Assembly (NCBI GenBank): GCA_030704615.1
Contig: CM060732.1
Coordinates: 15,438,001 to 15,502,000, forward strand
Origin: Takakia lepidozioides
Lineage: Eukaryota; Plantae; Bryophyta
Length of the DNA: 64,000 nt
Reading direction: 5' to 3'
A program made the translations under genes and the position numbers. Shown here in pieces: positions 25,486-38,306 of the stretch. Every line of letters begins with the position of its first letter. The stretch's first letter is position 1. The notes beneath the pieces were generated by a model. The model was not told the origin of the DNA and made no database searches. It saw only the letters and a list, made by a program, of their open reading frames with translations.

Positions 25486-27626
25486 GCTGTCATTGTCAGT
25501 TGCTAGCAACAAGGCAAGGATGTATGCATGATTTGTGCAGAGGCATGGATAGCTGAAGGAGCAGGGATGGAGTGTGGGTTTTGATTCATCCAAGAGGGCC
25601 GGATTTCAAGCTTCAGATCACCTATGACTCCCTGTGGAAGGATAGCTACAAGAAACCTGCATGGGTATATGGTCAATTGGAAGCCGCAGCAGCATCGGCA
25701 CGATTGATAAAATCAGGCACTGCTCATGAAGGCACCTTCTTCAACACGTTTCACCCTGTTTTTCCCTCTGATCAGAATCGGCCCTAAATCTTGAATTCTG
25801 CAAAGTAGCTGGTTGAGTGAACCTTAAATAGTTTGGAGTGACTTTGACATGATACTGCCAATGTGACAACATGATTAGTATCCAGAAATAGGTAACAGAG
25901 ACGAGGAGAAGCTGTGGAATGAATACTTTTTTAACCCAGTCAACGGTGGGACAATCGAGCAAAAAGGTGAATGCCTCTTGGATTACAAAGAGTAGCAGCT
26001 GCAATTGAGCATAGGAACTAGAGTGATAAGTTGAGTTGGGTGTTTCCTAGAACAGATGTAGGCTGCCATTGTCAGCTTCTAGCAGCAAGGCAAGGATGTA
26101 TGCATGATTTGTGCAGAGGCATGGATAGGTGAAGGAGCAGGGATAGAGTATGAGTCCAGATTCATCCAAGAGGGCCGCATTTCAAGCTCCACATTACCTA
26201 CGATTCCTTGTGGAAGGATAGCTACAAGAAACCTGCATGGGTAGATGGTCAACTGGAAGCCACAGCAGCAGAGGCACCACAATTGATAAATCAGACACTG
26301 CTAATGAGGTCACCTTCTTCAACACATTTCACCCTATTTTTTCCTCTTATCAGAATCCTCCTTCTTCCATGTTGAATTCTGCAAGTTAGCTGGTTGAGTG
26401 AACCTTTGATAGTTTGGAGTGACTTTGACATGATACTGCCAAAGTGACAACAGTAAAGTATCCAGAAACAGGTAACAGAGATGATGAGAAGCTGTGGAAT
26501 GAGTACTTTTCTGACCCCAGTCAATGGTGGGACAACCGAGGCAAAAAGGTAAATGCCTGTATGATTACAGAGAGTAGCAGACGCAATTCAGCATAGGAAT
26601 GAGTTGTGATAAGCTGAGTTGGGTGTTTCCTAGAACAAATGTAGGCTGTCATTGTCAGCTGCTAGCAGCAAGGCAATGATGTATGCATGATTTGTGCAGA
26701 GGCATGGATGGTTGAAGGAGCAGGGATAGAGTGTGGGTCCAGATTCATCTAAGAGGGCCGGATTTCAACCTCCGGATTACCTATGATTCCCTGTGGAAGG
26801 ATAGCTACAACAAACCTGCATGGGAAGATGGTCAACTGGAAGCCATAGCAGCAGCGGGACAATTGATAAAAATCAGGCACTGCTAATGAAGGCACCTTCT
26901 TCAACACATTTCACCCTATTTTTCCCTCTTATCAGAACCGGCCCTAAATTTCCATGTTGAATTCTTCAAGATAGATAGTTGAGTGAATCTAGTCTGGAGT
27001 GACTTTGACATGATACTGCCAATGTGACACCAGGAAAATATCGAAAATAGGTAATAGAGATGAGGAGAAACTGGGGAATGAACACGTTTCTGACCCCAGT
27101 CAACGGTGGGACAATCGAGACCAAAAGGTGAATGCCTGTTAGATTACAGAGAATAGCTGACACAATTCAGCATAGGCACTAAGAGTGATAAGCTAAGTTG
27201 GGTGTTTCCTAGAACAACACTATGTTGTCATTGTCATCTGCTAGCAACAAGTGCAAGGATGAATGCATGATTTGTGCAGACGCATGGATAGCTGAAGGAG
27301 CAGGGATAGAGTGTGGGTCCAGATTCATCCAAGAGGGCCGGATTTCAAGCTCCAGATTACCTATGATTCCTTGTGGAAGGGAAACCTGCATGGGTAGATG
27401 GTTGACTGGAAGCCTCTACAGCAGCGGCACAATTCATAAAATCAGTCACTGCTAATCAAGGCACCTTCTTCAACACACTTCACCATGTTTTCCCCTCTTA
27501 TCAGAATCGGCCCTAAATTTTCATGTTGAATTATGCAAGTTAGCTGGTTGAGTGAACCTTTGATAGTTTGGAGTGACTTTGACATGATACTGCCAAAGTG
27601 ACAACATAGAAGTATCCAGAAACAGG
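25486..27626 (+). repeat. Tandem array of ~3.7 x ~580-bp units, each encoding an intron-split OSB-type PDF motif
   Basis: Unit starts at ~25486, 26060, 26643 and 27222; EKLWNEYFSDPSQWWDNRGKK|GT..AG|IHPRGPDFKLQITYDSLWKDSYKKPAWV. Confidence 0.85.
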
Positions 27627-28149
27627 TTCCAATCTTGGTCATTACGGACTCATGGATTTGTGCACTGTATGGGGCAGTTTTGAGGTGTTATCTTAATACA
27701 TTGTCACGTGCCCTTCTTCATGCAGTTCATTTGATTTCGTGCATTGATGGCATGGTCTATATGTTCTGAAGTCTGAATCACATAGGCAATGACATGATCA
27801 TCCCCAGTGTGCAGGGATTGTTTTGGTTGCAATGCCGTAGTAGATCGATTGTAGCATCCGTGTTGCTATTCAGACACAGTAGAAACAATATTGCACATGT
27901 ATGAACTACAAGTCGCAGCCCCCAAGTCAGTGCAACCAGCAGGAGTGCCTGGTTCCCAACCCACAGTCAATGTAGTCACTAGTGAGGTAGTGCATTTCAA
28001 ACCTCCAGTTGCATTTGTCACTTCAACACTCCAGTTGCCAACTCCACTTGCAAGTCGTGAAGGCAACCAGCAGACAACTCACTGCGCCACGTGTTGTGAC
28101 CTCAGGCCTGCATGTGGCGAGACCTGGGAAGCCACGCGTGTCCTTGAAG

Positions 28150-28679
28150 GTAACCGCTAGTCCGGTCGCTACTACGAGTCCAGCACTCCGAGACGTAGTT
28201 CACAACTTCGCAGTTTGACCGTGCAGTCGTTGAAACGACTTGCTAGTTATTTTTGAACTAGTGGTTAGTGCTCGTGTAGTACGAGATCGTAACTATTCAG
28301 CAGCGTGAAGCAACGCGGCTACGGCGCATGTCCTGCCTCCAAGAGAACACGTGGAGTTTTCACATCGAGCCACGCGGCTGTATTCCCGGCGTGCACACAG
28401 TAGGAAAGTCGGAACCCCCGGTCAAAAGTCCATTGTGCTCAAGGTCCAAGATTCAGTCAACACTGCGCGTGGCGACGCCACATGGCCACACCTTAAAAAT
28501 TACCCTGTAGTCGGCGTCACGACTGACTGGAATGACTCCGACCACATAATGACCGGAACGACTGGGCTGTCCGATAGGTCTTGTCCTTTCGGACTCGTAG
28601 TCGCCCGGTCATTTTTTGACTGAAACGACTGGGTTTCCAGTCGTTTTTTGAGTCGTTATTTCGGCGATTCCTTGTAGTG
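28150..28679. mobile_element. CACTA right terminus with subterminal repeats
   Basis: Ends ATTCCTTGTAGTG at 28679, same terminus as 23426; dense ACGACT/AGTCGT repeats. Confidence 0.72.
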
Positions 28680-29899
28680 ATATAGTAATGGCCCATGTCA
28701 TGACCATATTTGCACATTTGAAGGGCTTCATGTTATTATAACCGGGTTCATCAACCCTTGCCTTCATGTGAGGCTTGCAAATCAGTCCTTCCCACTCATC
28801 AAACTCGTACTCCTCATGGTATACCCGACGCGCTTTGAGCATGGGGGATTTTTTCACCATATCGGCAGTACAGGTGGAAAGCCTCCACCACTCCTGCCCT
28901 AAAGAACCCGACGTTGATGTTAAGGCAACAATTCATAGTGACAATGGGTATTGACATGGGCCCTCACAATGAACTATATGCCATTTCCATCGTGGAGGTC
29001 ACCATTTCGCATAACGAAAAAAAAAACATGCATTTAGCACGTAAAACATAATGGATTGGCGGGAAGAGCAACAATTTAACAACACAACATGATCGCATTG
29101 CAGTTGCACATGTTGAGCTTATGCTTATCTATCGTACCGTCCATCGTGTTATCACTGCAATACCTAATCTATCTGTGCAGCCCAATTACACAATGTTTTA
29201 TCAACTGATCTACAATTGGTGCCACTGTATCTGTCAGGTTGGTGGGTCTGGCAGCATTATAGTTTCCTTCTCCATTGTGGACTCCCCTGCCTGAAGAGGT
29301 ATACTGGCATCCTTCGATAGACGCAACTGCTTCCTCCGCTTCAATTCTGGTGGAAATTTGTCTTCTCCGCTATCGTCCTGGTCCACCTTCGTCTTCAATG
29401 AGTTTTTGCGCGGTAGAAGACCATGGTCCCTGAGAACATTCTCCATCAACGACCTCTGGCCCGCTTCAAACACATGATACATTTTAAGTTTAGGTCCACC
29501 CTTCCCAACAACATCACATCCATTTATCCACTGAATGGTTAATTTTTTTTGTCTTTATACACCCTATTACAGTAGACCAATAACAAGGACGACAAAATAA
29601 AGTCTACAAAACTCACAAAATATCTGCAGACCTGGTGCCAAACCCAAACAGATACAGCTGCAGGCCGCCCATAAGATGGCATTGGTCAGAAGCTCCAAAG
29701 AATGGCAACAACAGTAGTGCAGTAAAACAAATGAACGCAAGGAAAACTCCGTATGCGTACGCTTCCTTCCGAATCGTGTTGCACACGATCCAAGCGTTAC
29801 TTGAAAGAAACCCCGCGAAGGGTGTGTAACAAAAGTAAATGACAAACATGAAAGCAAATGACATGTGAGGAAAGAGTGATGGTGGTGACAACCAATGTT

Positions 29900-30570
29900 G
29901 GCCGGTTATTTATCTAAACAAAGAACAGTCGGTTCCGGTTCTAATTGAATGAGGCATTTGAAAGATCCTGTGGAGGCGGTTCTTTACCATTATGGGTTTT
30001 TTAGAGAACCTGCGGTTACGGGTCTTTGGCAGTATGACACATGAGGTTATGAGGCGGAGGTGGTTATCTCAACATCTTATTAGAATGGTTATAAAGCCCG
30101 GTTTTCTCAAAGATACCCTGCCCCTTTCCTCCATAGCCGGTTATGTCTCTTTGATTCCATACTCTACACTTACATTCAACATTTACCAAAATTTATATTC
30201 ATGACACAACACAATCAACAGCATTGATTAAGCATACCACATTAAGCATTAATTGATTAAGCATTACAGCTTTGATTAAGCATACCACATACCACCTAAC
30301 TGTTGTGCAAATGAAATAACCTGCACAAATCCTCCGGTTATATAAATAGATATGAGCCGGTGTTCATGTAAATAACCTGAAGGAGATTCAAAGCTTTTGC
30401 CGGATCCGGGTGTGATCTTTCAGAGTTCTTCAAATTAGGTTATGAGGTGGGGGCGGGTACTCAGACCACTTCAGAACAGTCGGTTCCTTCCATAACAGGG
30501 TCTTTCAAAATGTTGCCTCCGGCGGTGAAGTGCATACATAACCGGGTTGATACCCACCGGGGCCCTGTCC
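29900..30570. mobile_element. Probable non-autonomous DNA-transposon remnant with AACCG/CGGTT subterminal repeats
   Basis: Many CCGGTT/AACCGG words in both orientations; GGGCCCTG at ~30560 resembles a hAT-type end; no partner TIR or TSD identified. Confidence 0.3.
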
Positions 30571-31298
30571 TAAATTAACATAACCGCCCAACACTGGTGA
30601 CAACCTCCTCCGAAAGCGCTTTCATGGAGGACATATCTTTCACTCAATTGCACATGATGTTTGGAAAACAGGCGCTACGGCATCGATGGAGACGATGGCA
30701 CGGTTCATGCGACGTGGACAGTGACAAGGAACGTCTGGCATTCCAAGCGTCACCTTCGGCATGTGTGTTAGCAACTCACAATCATTGTATGACAATCTTC
30801 ATGATCTGGATGCATGCGTCATGGTGATACAGTTCATGTACGATCATGTATTTTCGGGCGTGAAGGGAGGGGTTAGGGGGCAGCCGGGCGGGGGAGGCAG
30901 GAGGCCCGGTCGCGGCAACCCCGGGCCGCCGCGTTGCTGCCAAGGGGGGGTGAGGCGGCGGGGGAGGGACGGGCCACGCAGGCACACCCGCCCAGGGTGT
31001 ATTCAACTCGGGTCAAAACTCTACATTTAAGGGTAGTTGCATATATATTGTTTACAATTTATTACTGATGGGCCTGGCAGCAGTGCCCAAACACAAATCA
31101 GGTAGACCTGACAGAGTACTTTGATCCGGTAACCGCATTAGGATTTTTTTATTTTTTTTCTTCTTCTGTCGTCTCTCACACGCGATCTGCTGCAGTAGCG
31201 CGACTTCAGTGCGGTGGAGGGAGCAGCGCGGGAGGAGGGATCAGATCAGCGCACCAGTGCGTGGGGGAGGGAGCAGTGCCTCAGCGCGTGAGGGAGGG

Positions 31299-32495
31299 TG
31301 TCGCTGCCCTTTGCCTTGAGGGCAGGGGGTCGGGACGCAGGAGGGGCTGCCCCTGTGGTGGGGGCAATGGCAACGATATGTACGGGGGGCTGAAGCACCC
31401 TTGAGTGCCCAAGGCACTCAAGGGGGCGGAGGCGCTCATTAGGTGGAGCCCCGCACACCGGGTTGCGGTGGGGGTGGCTCCACAAGGGGTGGTGGTAGCT
31501 TAGCGGGACTTAGTGGGGGTGGCATAGGACTCACCATAGGGCGGAGACCTTGTGGTGGGAGTCGTGGGGAGTCTTGGGACTCATCACGGTCCAATGGGGC
31601 CGTGGTGGGTGGGCCAAGACTCACCGCGATTCATCACCGGGAGTCGAGGGTCTTCGTGGTGGTTCGCCATAAAATGACATGGTTGTTTGTGAAACCCCCG
31701 CGGACAGTCACAGAAGTATATATAGGGAGTAGTAACCCCGAGAACGGTGCAAGCCCGTTGGTGACCAAAAACTAGTGAGTAAGCGAGCGAGCCGGAAAGC
31801 GACCAAGGAGTGGGGAGCTATTCCGGACTGCCATCTACCAAAGGGAATTTCCACTAGGCCCAAATTGGTGGAGGGTCTTTTGGAAGAGTAAAGGGGGACC
31901 GTTATGTCCCGGTGAGCAGCTGAAGCTCCAAGAAGGCCCGGCGGCCAGGTTGGGAATTAGGCGCGCGCATCAAAGCGAGTAACTATGACTTGAAGGGGAG
32001 CTTACCGAAGTGAGGTGTGCGACACTTGGTATCAGAGCTTAGAGTTCAGTACGCGATCGTCTTGGGATCAGCCTCATCATGGGGTCGGGCAAGCCAAAGT
32101 GAAAGCGAAACGGCCCGAAAGATGAGGATCCTAGTGAGCCCAATGGGGGCGACGTGTCACCGAAGCGGCCGTTTGAGGAAGCGATGCATGCTTTTGAAAA
32201 CGAGGCCGCTCAAGAACGGGAGGAATCTGAGGAGTCGGAGCCCGAGGAATTCCTGAGAGCTCCGACAGACCAACAGATGCCTCCCATGCCAGCAGCCTTT
32301 TGGGAAGGGTTGTTGGCGTAGTTTGGCGGGACGTTGAAAGACGTGTTGAAGGCGGCTAATGCCACTTCCACTAAGGCAAAGTTTAAAGTGAAGCCTAAGG
32401 AACCCGGCACCTTCGAGGGCATCCAAAATCGGAAGGCACTCAACACCTGGCTCTTGGAGCTAGAGCAGTACTTCCGGGCGGCCAAGTTGAGTGAC
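31299..32495 (+). mobile_element. 5' end of a chromovirus-type Gypsy: LTR 31299-32024, tRNA-Met PBS and gag start
   Basis: TGTCGC...GCGACA LTR highly similar to the reverse complement of 58583-59306; PBS TGGTATCAGAGC at 32027; gag PGTFEG..LNTWLLELEQYF. Confidence 0.9.
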
Positions 32496-32499
32496 CGTG

Positions 32500-33410
32500 T
32501 TGCCATGGCTAATTTCCATGGGCGTTGCTTCGTTGGTCTGTGGTTGGTTCTCTCCTTCTGGCTATTGATTCTCCCCTTCTCTCTGCATTGGGGAATCAGC
32601 CGTCGAGTTGATGATGTCCTTTGTTGCTGCACTTGTGGTTGCTTTGTTGATCCAGGCTCTCTTTGCAAGTCCGCCCTCTTCTTTTTCTTGACCTGCTGCC
32701 GTCTCACTTCCTTCTTCCTCCATCGTATCTACCCGTTGCATAATCCCCAACATTGCTTGCTCTTCGGGCGTTAGGTGTACAGTGTGTCGAATCATTTGGA
32801 GTAACAAGGGAGTCGCCATGGTGACAGTTGCTTCCTTCTTCTTCTTTGTCAATCGGGTCAATTCTTGGGTTAACTTCTTCGATAAGAAGCTTGCCCAATT
32901 CACGATTTTCCCATTGAGGCAAACCAATACTTGATCGATTAGCTCCTTGGTACAATAGCTGTGGTTTTGCCTGAGGCAAAGCAACGTGCTAAGTACCGGG
33001 GCTATCCTCCTAAAGCCGGGGCTTTTGCTGTGACTGCATGTGTAGCCCTGATCTGCTTGGTTGAGATTCTCAAACAAATCTGCAAGTACAAACCTTGGAG
33101 GTTTTCCGCTGTGCGCCGGTACGTCCAGACTGGGAAGGTGAAACACTTCCGCCAAGTACTTCTCCGTCAGCAGGATGTGTGTGTCGCGGACATTTGTGCT
33201 CCGAGTGCTGGTGTTGTAATTCTCCAAGAACTCCTTGCACAGCTCATCGTGCTTCAGGTTCTAGTCCAGCGTGGTGATGAAGTATCGCAGGCCAAGACTG
33301 TCCAATGTCTCCTGTGTCTCTGTGTCCTGCTCAATCTTCCGCAACGCCGGGCTGATTTTGAAATTCACTTGCGCATAAGAACTTGGTGCCTTCCGCTTGG
33401 TGCCTGCCAT
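32500..33410 (-). mobile_element. Retrotransposon accessory-ORF-like remnant
   Basis: ORF 32562..33227 (KEFLENY..LAEVFHLP..GKIVNWASFL), intronless, resembling extra ORFs of plant LTR elements; upstream in-frame stop. Confidence 0.4.
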
Positions 33411-34514
33411 TTCTCTTAGTCTTGCGGTTGCTGTAAGGAATTGGAGCTCGCACCAATTCCTGTATCACAAGCAGTATGAAGCACACTGGAAGTTGTGTAT
33501 ACAGCAATTTCCAATTTGCGGAAGAGAAGGTGAGGAGTTTGCTTCTGGGTTTAAGTAGGGGTTCTCCTCTGTAGGCTTCTCCTCTAACTTCTCTCGAGGT
33601 TCTCGTGGAGGTAATTCTGTCCTGCTGGTTGCCTAGGTTTAAAGCTCAGTTAGCTTTAATTGCTGGGCCCAGGCTTACCAAGAAGCATTTAGCTTCTGGT
33701 AACGGTGAAAACTTCGTCCTTTTTGTGCCTGATTTTCTTTTGTTGGTGTTTTCTTCGTGATTTGTTTTGGATTGAACTGATGGTCGTTGATGATGGTCTA
33801 GTTTCAGTCAGTTTATGTTCATCCATCTTGGATGTGTTCATCCACTTTGGTACATGGTCTGTCTTTAGATGGGCGGCGTGGGTGCAGTACATGCAGCTTG
33901 ATTTAATGGCTTTGCCCTTATCATCCGCCGTCTTTTGGCAATCCATTGGATTGCGCCGTCGTTCTGCCTCCGTGTTATGATCGAAGGGTAGTGGTGTATG
34001 ATTACTTCGGTCAGTGGGGTGATCTTACATCTTGGAGTTTAACACAAGCAGTGACTCGTTGGCTGTTTTGTATCCGTTCACGGTTCTGTAGGGCATCTGT
34101 GATGGCCATGGTTCACCATATGGTATACGGGGTGGTAATGTTATCCTCCATATGAATGGTGGTCTAGCCGTCGTGGTGCCCTGAATTTGTGTTGTCACCT
34201 GTCTTAGTACATGCCGATTCATCGTGTCGTGATGAATGTAGTATGCACTGGCGGTTTCACGCTCCTCATCTTCAGTTTGATCTTCCTCGTTGGCGTATAA
34301 GTCATGTATAAGGGCTTTGTCATGTATTCCTTGGTAGCCTTTTAACTTGCAATGCGAATTGTTTATAGGTGAAGCCCAGCTGTCCTTGTATGCGAAGCCT
34401 GGTTATGAGGTTTGTCTGGGAAATGCGGCACCGCATTCGCATTTTATGTTTTCGGTTGCACTCTGCGAGTACGTTGGTCTCAACTTTTGCTCACGCATGC
34501 TGACTGCCCTGCAG

Positions 34515-36867
34515 GTATATGAAATACGTGCTTCTTCAGACCGGGGCCCTGGCTCAAGAGCCCCCATTCTTCATGGCTTGGACCGTGGCGGGCCCAAGCT
34601 GTGTCTACACACCCGAGATGCAGAAACAATGGCATGCCGCGCATCTCATTGGATGCCCGTGGTACCTGGACATGTCTGGCGGAATTGTTGACGAGTCTGA
34701 GAAAGATCTGCACGCGAAAGCAGAAGAGTAAAGAAAGGAAAGATGTGTCCCTGCTCGGCCAGAGTCGGCAAAGGAAGCTGCTGCTCTGGACCAATCCAGA
34801 AAGGCAGCTGAGATGGCACAGAAGATGGTGGATGCAGCTGTGCAGGCTCAACAGAAGGGGTCCAAGAAGCGGACTCGCCAGCAAGGAGCAGCAGTTGTGA
34901 CACCCAAGAAAACGAAGAAGCAGAAATAGATAGTGCAGGAAGAGGGTGAGGAAGAGGACTCCGATGGAGACTTTGCAACCAGCCCACCCCCCCGAAACGC
35001 AACCGAAATCCCCTGTGCCCACCGTTGTCACGAGAGGGACGAGAACTGGCTCGGCAAAGAAGGCACTCTTCAACCCCCCGGGGGGGCACCCTTTCGAGCC
35101 GGTGGAAATGAAGAGGCCGAAAGTGGATCCCGATACAGTAGTCCAGTGTGTAAATGAGAGTTTCTTGGCGGCTTTGGATGGACGGGCAGCCAAGTTGGCA
35201 TACATGAAGACCATGGAGGGTCTGAAGGGCAGAGCACTGAAGAAGGCAGCTGCCGAAGAGCCTTCCGACACCCCTGGGTTTCTGAAGATGGTCTCGTTCT
35301 TTGAGAGGGTGTGTGCAGACAATGATTGCAGGAGGGGCGGAAATGCCACCGAGTGGTCTTGCGATATGATCATCTTGGATATTCCGGACGGAGAGCCTGT
35401 GGAAGGACTGCAAGCTTTGCCATCTTGGAACAGGTACTCCGAGGACTTTTGGAAAAAAGGATTCGGGCTCGCCCGCATGGTGTTGGATGACAGAGGCTGT
35501 GTGGTTGTCCTGGCGAGCAGAGGCAAAAACACGCAGACAGGAATTGCGAAGTGGACCCCCAAGAGCGCCGTCCCAATTCTGAAGAAGAAGTGGACGTGCA
35601 TCAACACATTGGGCCTTCGGTCTGAAGGGAAGAAGGTAATTACGACATTGGCACTTGTCCTTTCATTTTCTTAGGAGTTTTGAAATGCGGTGCCGCATTC
35701 GATTTCTAATCGTTCCCCACTGTGTATGCAGACGAAGCAGTTCGATGCATACTGCTTTGTGAAGGAGAACTCCACCTTTGCTTTCCAGAAGGAGGGATTG
35801 TTGGTTGACCCGAACTGCGATCCCATCGATTACGACGTCCTGTTAAACAACGTTCCCACAGAACTTCTCCCTCATAGCCTCACTTCAACTGAACCCCTGC
35901 GGTATTCACGGACTCAGAGCCCTGCCTTCATTCAGACAATTATGGAGACATGCACTGACGTGGAGGGCACAGTGCTCGACCTCATCTGTGGGACAGGTAT
36001 GCAAAATCTTGTTGTATGCTGTTCTGCAAATTCTCGTTATGCTTTCATTCGCAACATCTGAAGGGCCATGTCATAATGTGTGGATGGCATTGTAACAGGT
36101 GCCTCAATGTGGGCTGGGCGGTTTTCCGACCGGCACCTCTTTGCCTACGAGGAGGACACATCCGTCTGGGGATCCCATCTCAAAGGGCTGCAACGGAATG
36201 TGAAGGCTCCCATCGAAGCCAAGGACTCCTCGGATTCGTCAGAGTCGGAGGAAGAGACAGTGGACATTGATGCCGAGGAGAACCTGGAATACGAGTGAGT
36301 GCAAACATTGTAAGTTTGCAAAGCCTTTTGGGTGATTTTTTGTCAAACGCATTTCCGGACTGTGGTTCCCATTGGTCTCGTTGGTGATTGTTATGTGCAG
36401 GATTCCAGGATCCGGGTCGAACATGTAGGGCCTACACTTCCTGCCAGGAAGAATGTCCCGTTCTTTGCGAGGGCCGACTTATGACGAGCCCGGTGAAGGA
36501 CTACTCCCTTCCTAGTTATGCAGCTAAACTCGCAAATACAGCGATTAGACGATGTGAGAATCCCAGTAAAGTAGAGCAGATTTTGGAGAGGGCTAGGGAG
36601 GACAAAAGGATAAGGAAAGAGTTGGCAACAGCTGAGACAGGTAGACGGGTGCGAAAGTTCATATGTGATTCAGCGGATGAGAGCGATGCAGACATGGAGG
36701 ACGACGAGCCAACGGAGGTGAGATGGTCGGTTCCGCAAGGTGAAGATGGGATTTTTGAAAGCCTGGCCAACGAGCAATCCGCTAGAGATGAGAAAGGCAA
36801 TGACGGGGTGGAGGCGGAGCAGGACAGTCAAGGACAGGACGACGATAGTGATGATTTTCAAGATTAA
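34515..36867 (+). pseudogene. Beta-class amino-DNA-methyltransferase-like gene (copy 2), 5'-truncated and disrupted
   Basis: Exons: YMKYVLL..HLIGCPWYLD; CDMIILDIPDG..WNRYSEDFW..LDDRGCVVVL..WTCIN; TKQFDAYCF..TQSPAFIQTIMETCTDVEGTVLDLICGT|GASMWAGRFSDRHLFAYEED; acidic tail. Stop at ~34729 and frameshifts upstream. Confidence 0.78.
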
Positions 36868-37002
36868 TAGAATTTTAATGAACTCCCTGTACATTTAAAT
36901 TCTATTCCAAAGTATATAAAGGAAATTCTCCCCGTCCTTCATGTCCCCTCTCCCATTTGCTTCTCAACGACAACATCGTCCAAACCTGGTCCCTCCCAAA
37001 AT

Positions 37003-38050
37003 CTGAAATGCGGCACCGCATTTCAATGTCGGAACGGAAATGTGGCAACTGCAAAAACCTCCTTTGGAAATGCGGCACCGCATTTCCAAAGCCGGGGCAA
37101 GAACAATTTTCCGTTTCATGGTTTGGACATCAGAAACTGTTCGGACAAACGGAAATGCGGTGCCGCATTTCCGTTTCCGACACGGCAGTTTTGCCGATTG
37201 CCAGCTCCTTCCATGGAGGTAAATGGAAATGCGGAGGTCGAACATGGAAATGCGGTGCCGCATCTACCTTTTGGAGATGGACATTTTTCCAACTGCAGAC
37301 CCATCGACAGAAATGCGGCTCCCCATTCCATGATGCTAGACGGGAATGCGGCACCGCATTCCATTGTCCAATAAGAAATTTCGATGACGTACAGGGAAAT
37401 GCGGCGCCGCATTTCCAAAACGGACATCGTTGTTTGTCCAATTCCAGACCCTTTGACGGAAATGCGGCACCGCATTACATTGTCCTATAAAAACTTTCGA
37501 TTGCCAAACATGGAAATGCGGCGCCGCATTTCCAAAACAAACATCGTTGTTTGTCCAATTCCAGACCCGTGTGGGCATTCCATCTTGTTGGACGGAAATG
37601 CTGCACCGCATTCCATTGTCCAATACGAAATTTTGATGACGGACATGGAAATGCAGTGCCGCATTTCCAGAACGGACATCGTTGTTTGTCCAATTCCAGA
37701 CCCTTCGACGGAAATGCGGCACCGCATTCCATTGTGCTCTCCGGAAATGCGGTGCTGCATTTCATTGTCCGGTACGAAATTTCGATGACGGACATGGAAA
37801 TGCGGTGCCGCATTTCAAGTATGGACATGGACAAGCATTAGCGACTGGACATGCTCGGACAATTCAAGGTCCAATATGGAAATGCGGTGCCGCATTTCCA
37901 ATTCGAAGTATAGTAATGCCATGTCAGGAAATGAAATGTTGTACAGCATTTCCGTTACGACGACAACGGAGGAAAGGGAGCTGCCAGAAATCGCCGCATA
38001 GAGAAAAATGAAATGCGGTGCCGAATTTCCGAGCTTCGGCGTGTACATGT
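37003..38050. repeat. Array of ~17 20-bp palindromes GAAATGCGG(CA/TG/CG)CCGCATTTC
   Basis: Copies at about 37005, 37067, 37152, 37248, 37344, 37396, 37458, 37513, 37595, 37648, 37711, 37743, 37797, 37879 and 38030, plus degenerate ones; single copies in copy-2 introns (~34420, ~35682). Confidence 0.92.
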
Positions 38051-38306
38051 TTCCTTTTACTCATATATGGATTTCCTTCACCTCAGGACTCTGATATCGC
38101 TGACTCTGGTATATTCATATGGACAGACACATTGTAGAAATGAGACCACAAATTGTAAACAGTGGGCCAATTACGGCAGTTCTTGAACACGATGAAACAC
38201 AAGCACACAGAAGTGAGGTATGATGGGTTGTTTTATTGATCGAACACGGTGTCTCACATTTAGCAACTCCAGACAAATCTAAGCCCTTCCTCCTTCTACA
38301 TGGGCG

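Noticed and set aside
28700-29500. Transposase for the CACTA or MTase elements
   Set aside because: Short minus-strand coding-like pieces with no DDE, Transposase_21, tyrosine-recombinase or Rep/helicase motifs recognised; the mobilising enzyme of the MTase elements remains unidentified.
36957-38048. Overlapping ORFs with KCGTAF/EMRHRI/GNAAPH repeats
   Set aside because: Artefacts of translating the palindrome array in six frames.
37003-38050. CRISPR array
   Set aside because: Repeats are palindromic, but spacers vary widely in length and are themselves duplicated; no cas genes; eukaryotic intron-rich context. The same applies to 4697-5470 and 58070-58575.
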